A DNA stretch of 16,318 bases. It comes from an uncultured Clostridia bacterium (GTDB lineage Bacteria; Bacillota; Clostridia; Christensenellales; UBA1242). Positions within the stretch are counted from its first letter, which is position 1; each line of letters begins with the position of its first letter. Both the position numbers and the translations under genes were made by a program. Where the stretch lies: positions 1 through 16,318 of the forward strand of contig CAMOHL010000005.1 of assembly GCA_946615295.1 (NCBI GenBank), in the 5' to 3' direction. Shown here one piece after another: positions 15,703-16,318 of the stretch. The notes beneath the pieces are model-generated. The model did no database searches and was not told the DNA's origin. It worked only from the letters and a program-made list of their open reading frames with translations.

Positions 15703-16318
15703 TTACTTAATAATTTTTGTAACGACACCTGAACCAACTGTTCTACCACCTTCACGGATAGCGAATCTCATACCTTCTTCCATAGCAACATCTTTTGTAA
15801 GGTTGATTGTCATTTCGATATTATCGCCTGGCATAACCATTTCTGTGCCTGCTGGAAGTTCGATTGTTCCAGTAACATCTGTTGTTCTGAAATAGAATTG
15901 TGGTCTGTATCCATTGAAGAATGGAGTATGACGGCCACCTTCTTCTTTCTTAAGAACATAAACTTGTCCTACGAAATCTGTATGTGGGTGGATTGAACCA
16001 GGAACAGCCAAAACTTGTCCTCTTTCAACATCATCTTTATTGATACCACGAAGAAGAACACCAACATTGTCTCCTGCTTCTGCAAAGTCAAGAGTCTTAC
16101 GGAACATTTCAAGTCCTGTAACAACTGTTGATTTCTTTTCTCTAAGACCAACGATTTCTACTGTATCATTAACATTTACACGACCTCTTTCAACACGGCC
16201 TGTAACAACTGTACCACGACCTGTGATTGTGAAGATGTCTTCGATTGGCATCAAGAATGGATTATCTTCGTCTCTCTTTGGATCTGGAATGTAGTTATCA
16301 ACTGCATCCATAAGTTCA
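15703..16318 (-). CDS. tuf: Elongation factor Tu, C-terminal ~205 aa (domains II/III); the gene continues past the right edge
   Basis: ...[13 protein letters not shown]...DNVGVLLRG...[22 protein letters not shown]...[12 protein letters not shown] are all EF-Tu hallmarks. The GC content is higher than in neighbouring genes, consistent with high expression. Confidence 0.95.
   Translation of the reverse strand, partial: ELMDAVDNYIPDPKRDEDNPFLMPIEDIFTITGRGTVVTGRVERGRVNVNDTVEIVGLREKKSTVVTGLEMFRKTLDFAEAGDNVGVLLRGINKDDVERGQVLAVPGSIHPHTDFVGQVYVLKKEEGGRHTPFFNGYRPQFYFRTTDVTGTIELPAGTEMVMPGDNIEMTINLTKDVAMEEGMRFAIREGGRTVGSGVVTKIIK

Noticed and set aside
2050-15705. Treating the ~13.6-kb block between rpsJ and tuf as a mobile genomic island
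   Set aside because: There is no integrase, transposase, tRNA or flanking direct repeat. The block contains core genes (addAB). Its GC content is lower than that of tuf and the r-protein genes, but that is explained by expression-level codon bias.
1-16318. Mycoplasma genetic code (table 4)
   Set aside because: addA terminates at a TGA codon (7615-7617), and Trp in rplC is encoded by TGG. The ORFs are complete under the standard code.
1-16318. CRISPR arrays, tRNA/rRNA genes and IS elements
   Set aside because: Intergenic regions are all 385 bp or shorter and are accounted for by promoters and terminators. I saw no direct-repeat/spacer periodicity and no tRNA-like cloverleaf sequence.

Overview
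The window is a very AT-rich (about 27-30% GC by eye) chromosomal segment from a low-GC Gram-positive or Mollicutes-like bacterium that uses the standard genetic code. TGG encodes Trp in rplC, and TGA is the stop codon of addA. Every gene but one lies on the minus strand. Transcription on that strand runs from the 3' half of tuf (right edge), through a membrane-anchored HExxH zincin-like protein, addB-addA (recombination helicase-nuclease), an 810-aa multi-pass membrane / coiled-coil / proline-acidic-repeat / lysine-rich-tail protein, a YdjI-like SPFH/zinc-ribbon protein, a small DUF1858-type redox protein, and then the S10 ribosomal operon (rpsJ-rplC-rplD-rplW and the 5' end of rplB at the left edge). 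A PRC-barrel protein gene on the plus strand is convergent with the coiled-coil gene. So a block of about 13.6 kb separates tuf from rpsJ, which are directly adjacent in most bacteria. Consensus sigma-70-type promoters and short hairpin/U-run terminators can be read directly from the sequence. Three genes (YdjI-like, HExxH protein, addB) appear to be leaderless, with the same spacing: -10 hexamer, 6 nt, ATG. I found no CRISPR array, tRNA, integrase or transposase. The most unusual element is the 810-aa membrane/coiled-coil protein immediately downstream of addBA. It has its own promoter, a MotA/ZorA-like N-terminal topology but no MotB/ZorB partner, Mycoplasma-like acidic proline-rich tandem repeats, and a histone-H1-like basic tail. 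Several ORF-track starts look over-extended: addA, the YdjI-like gene and the PRC-barrel gene.
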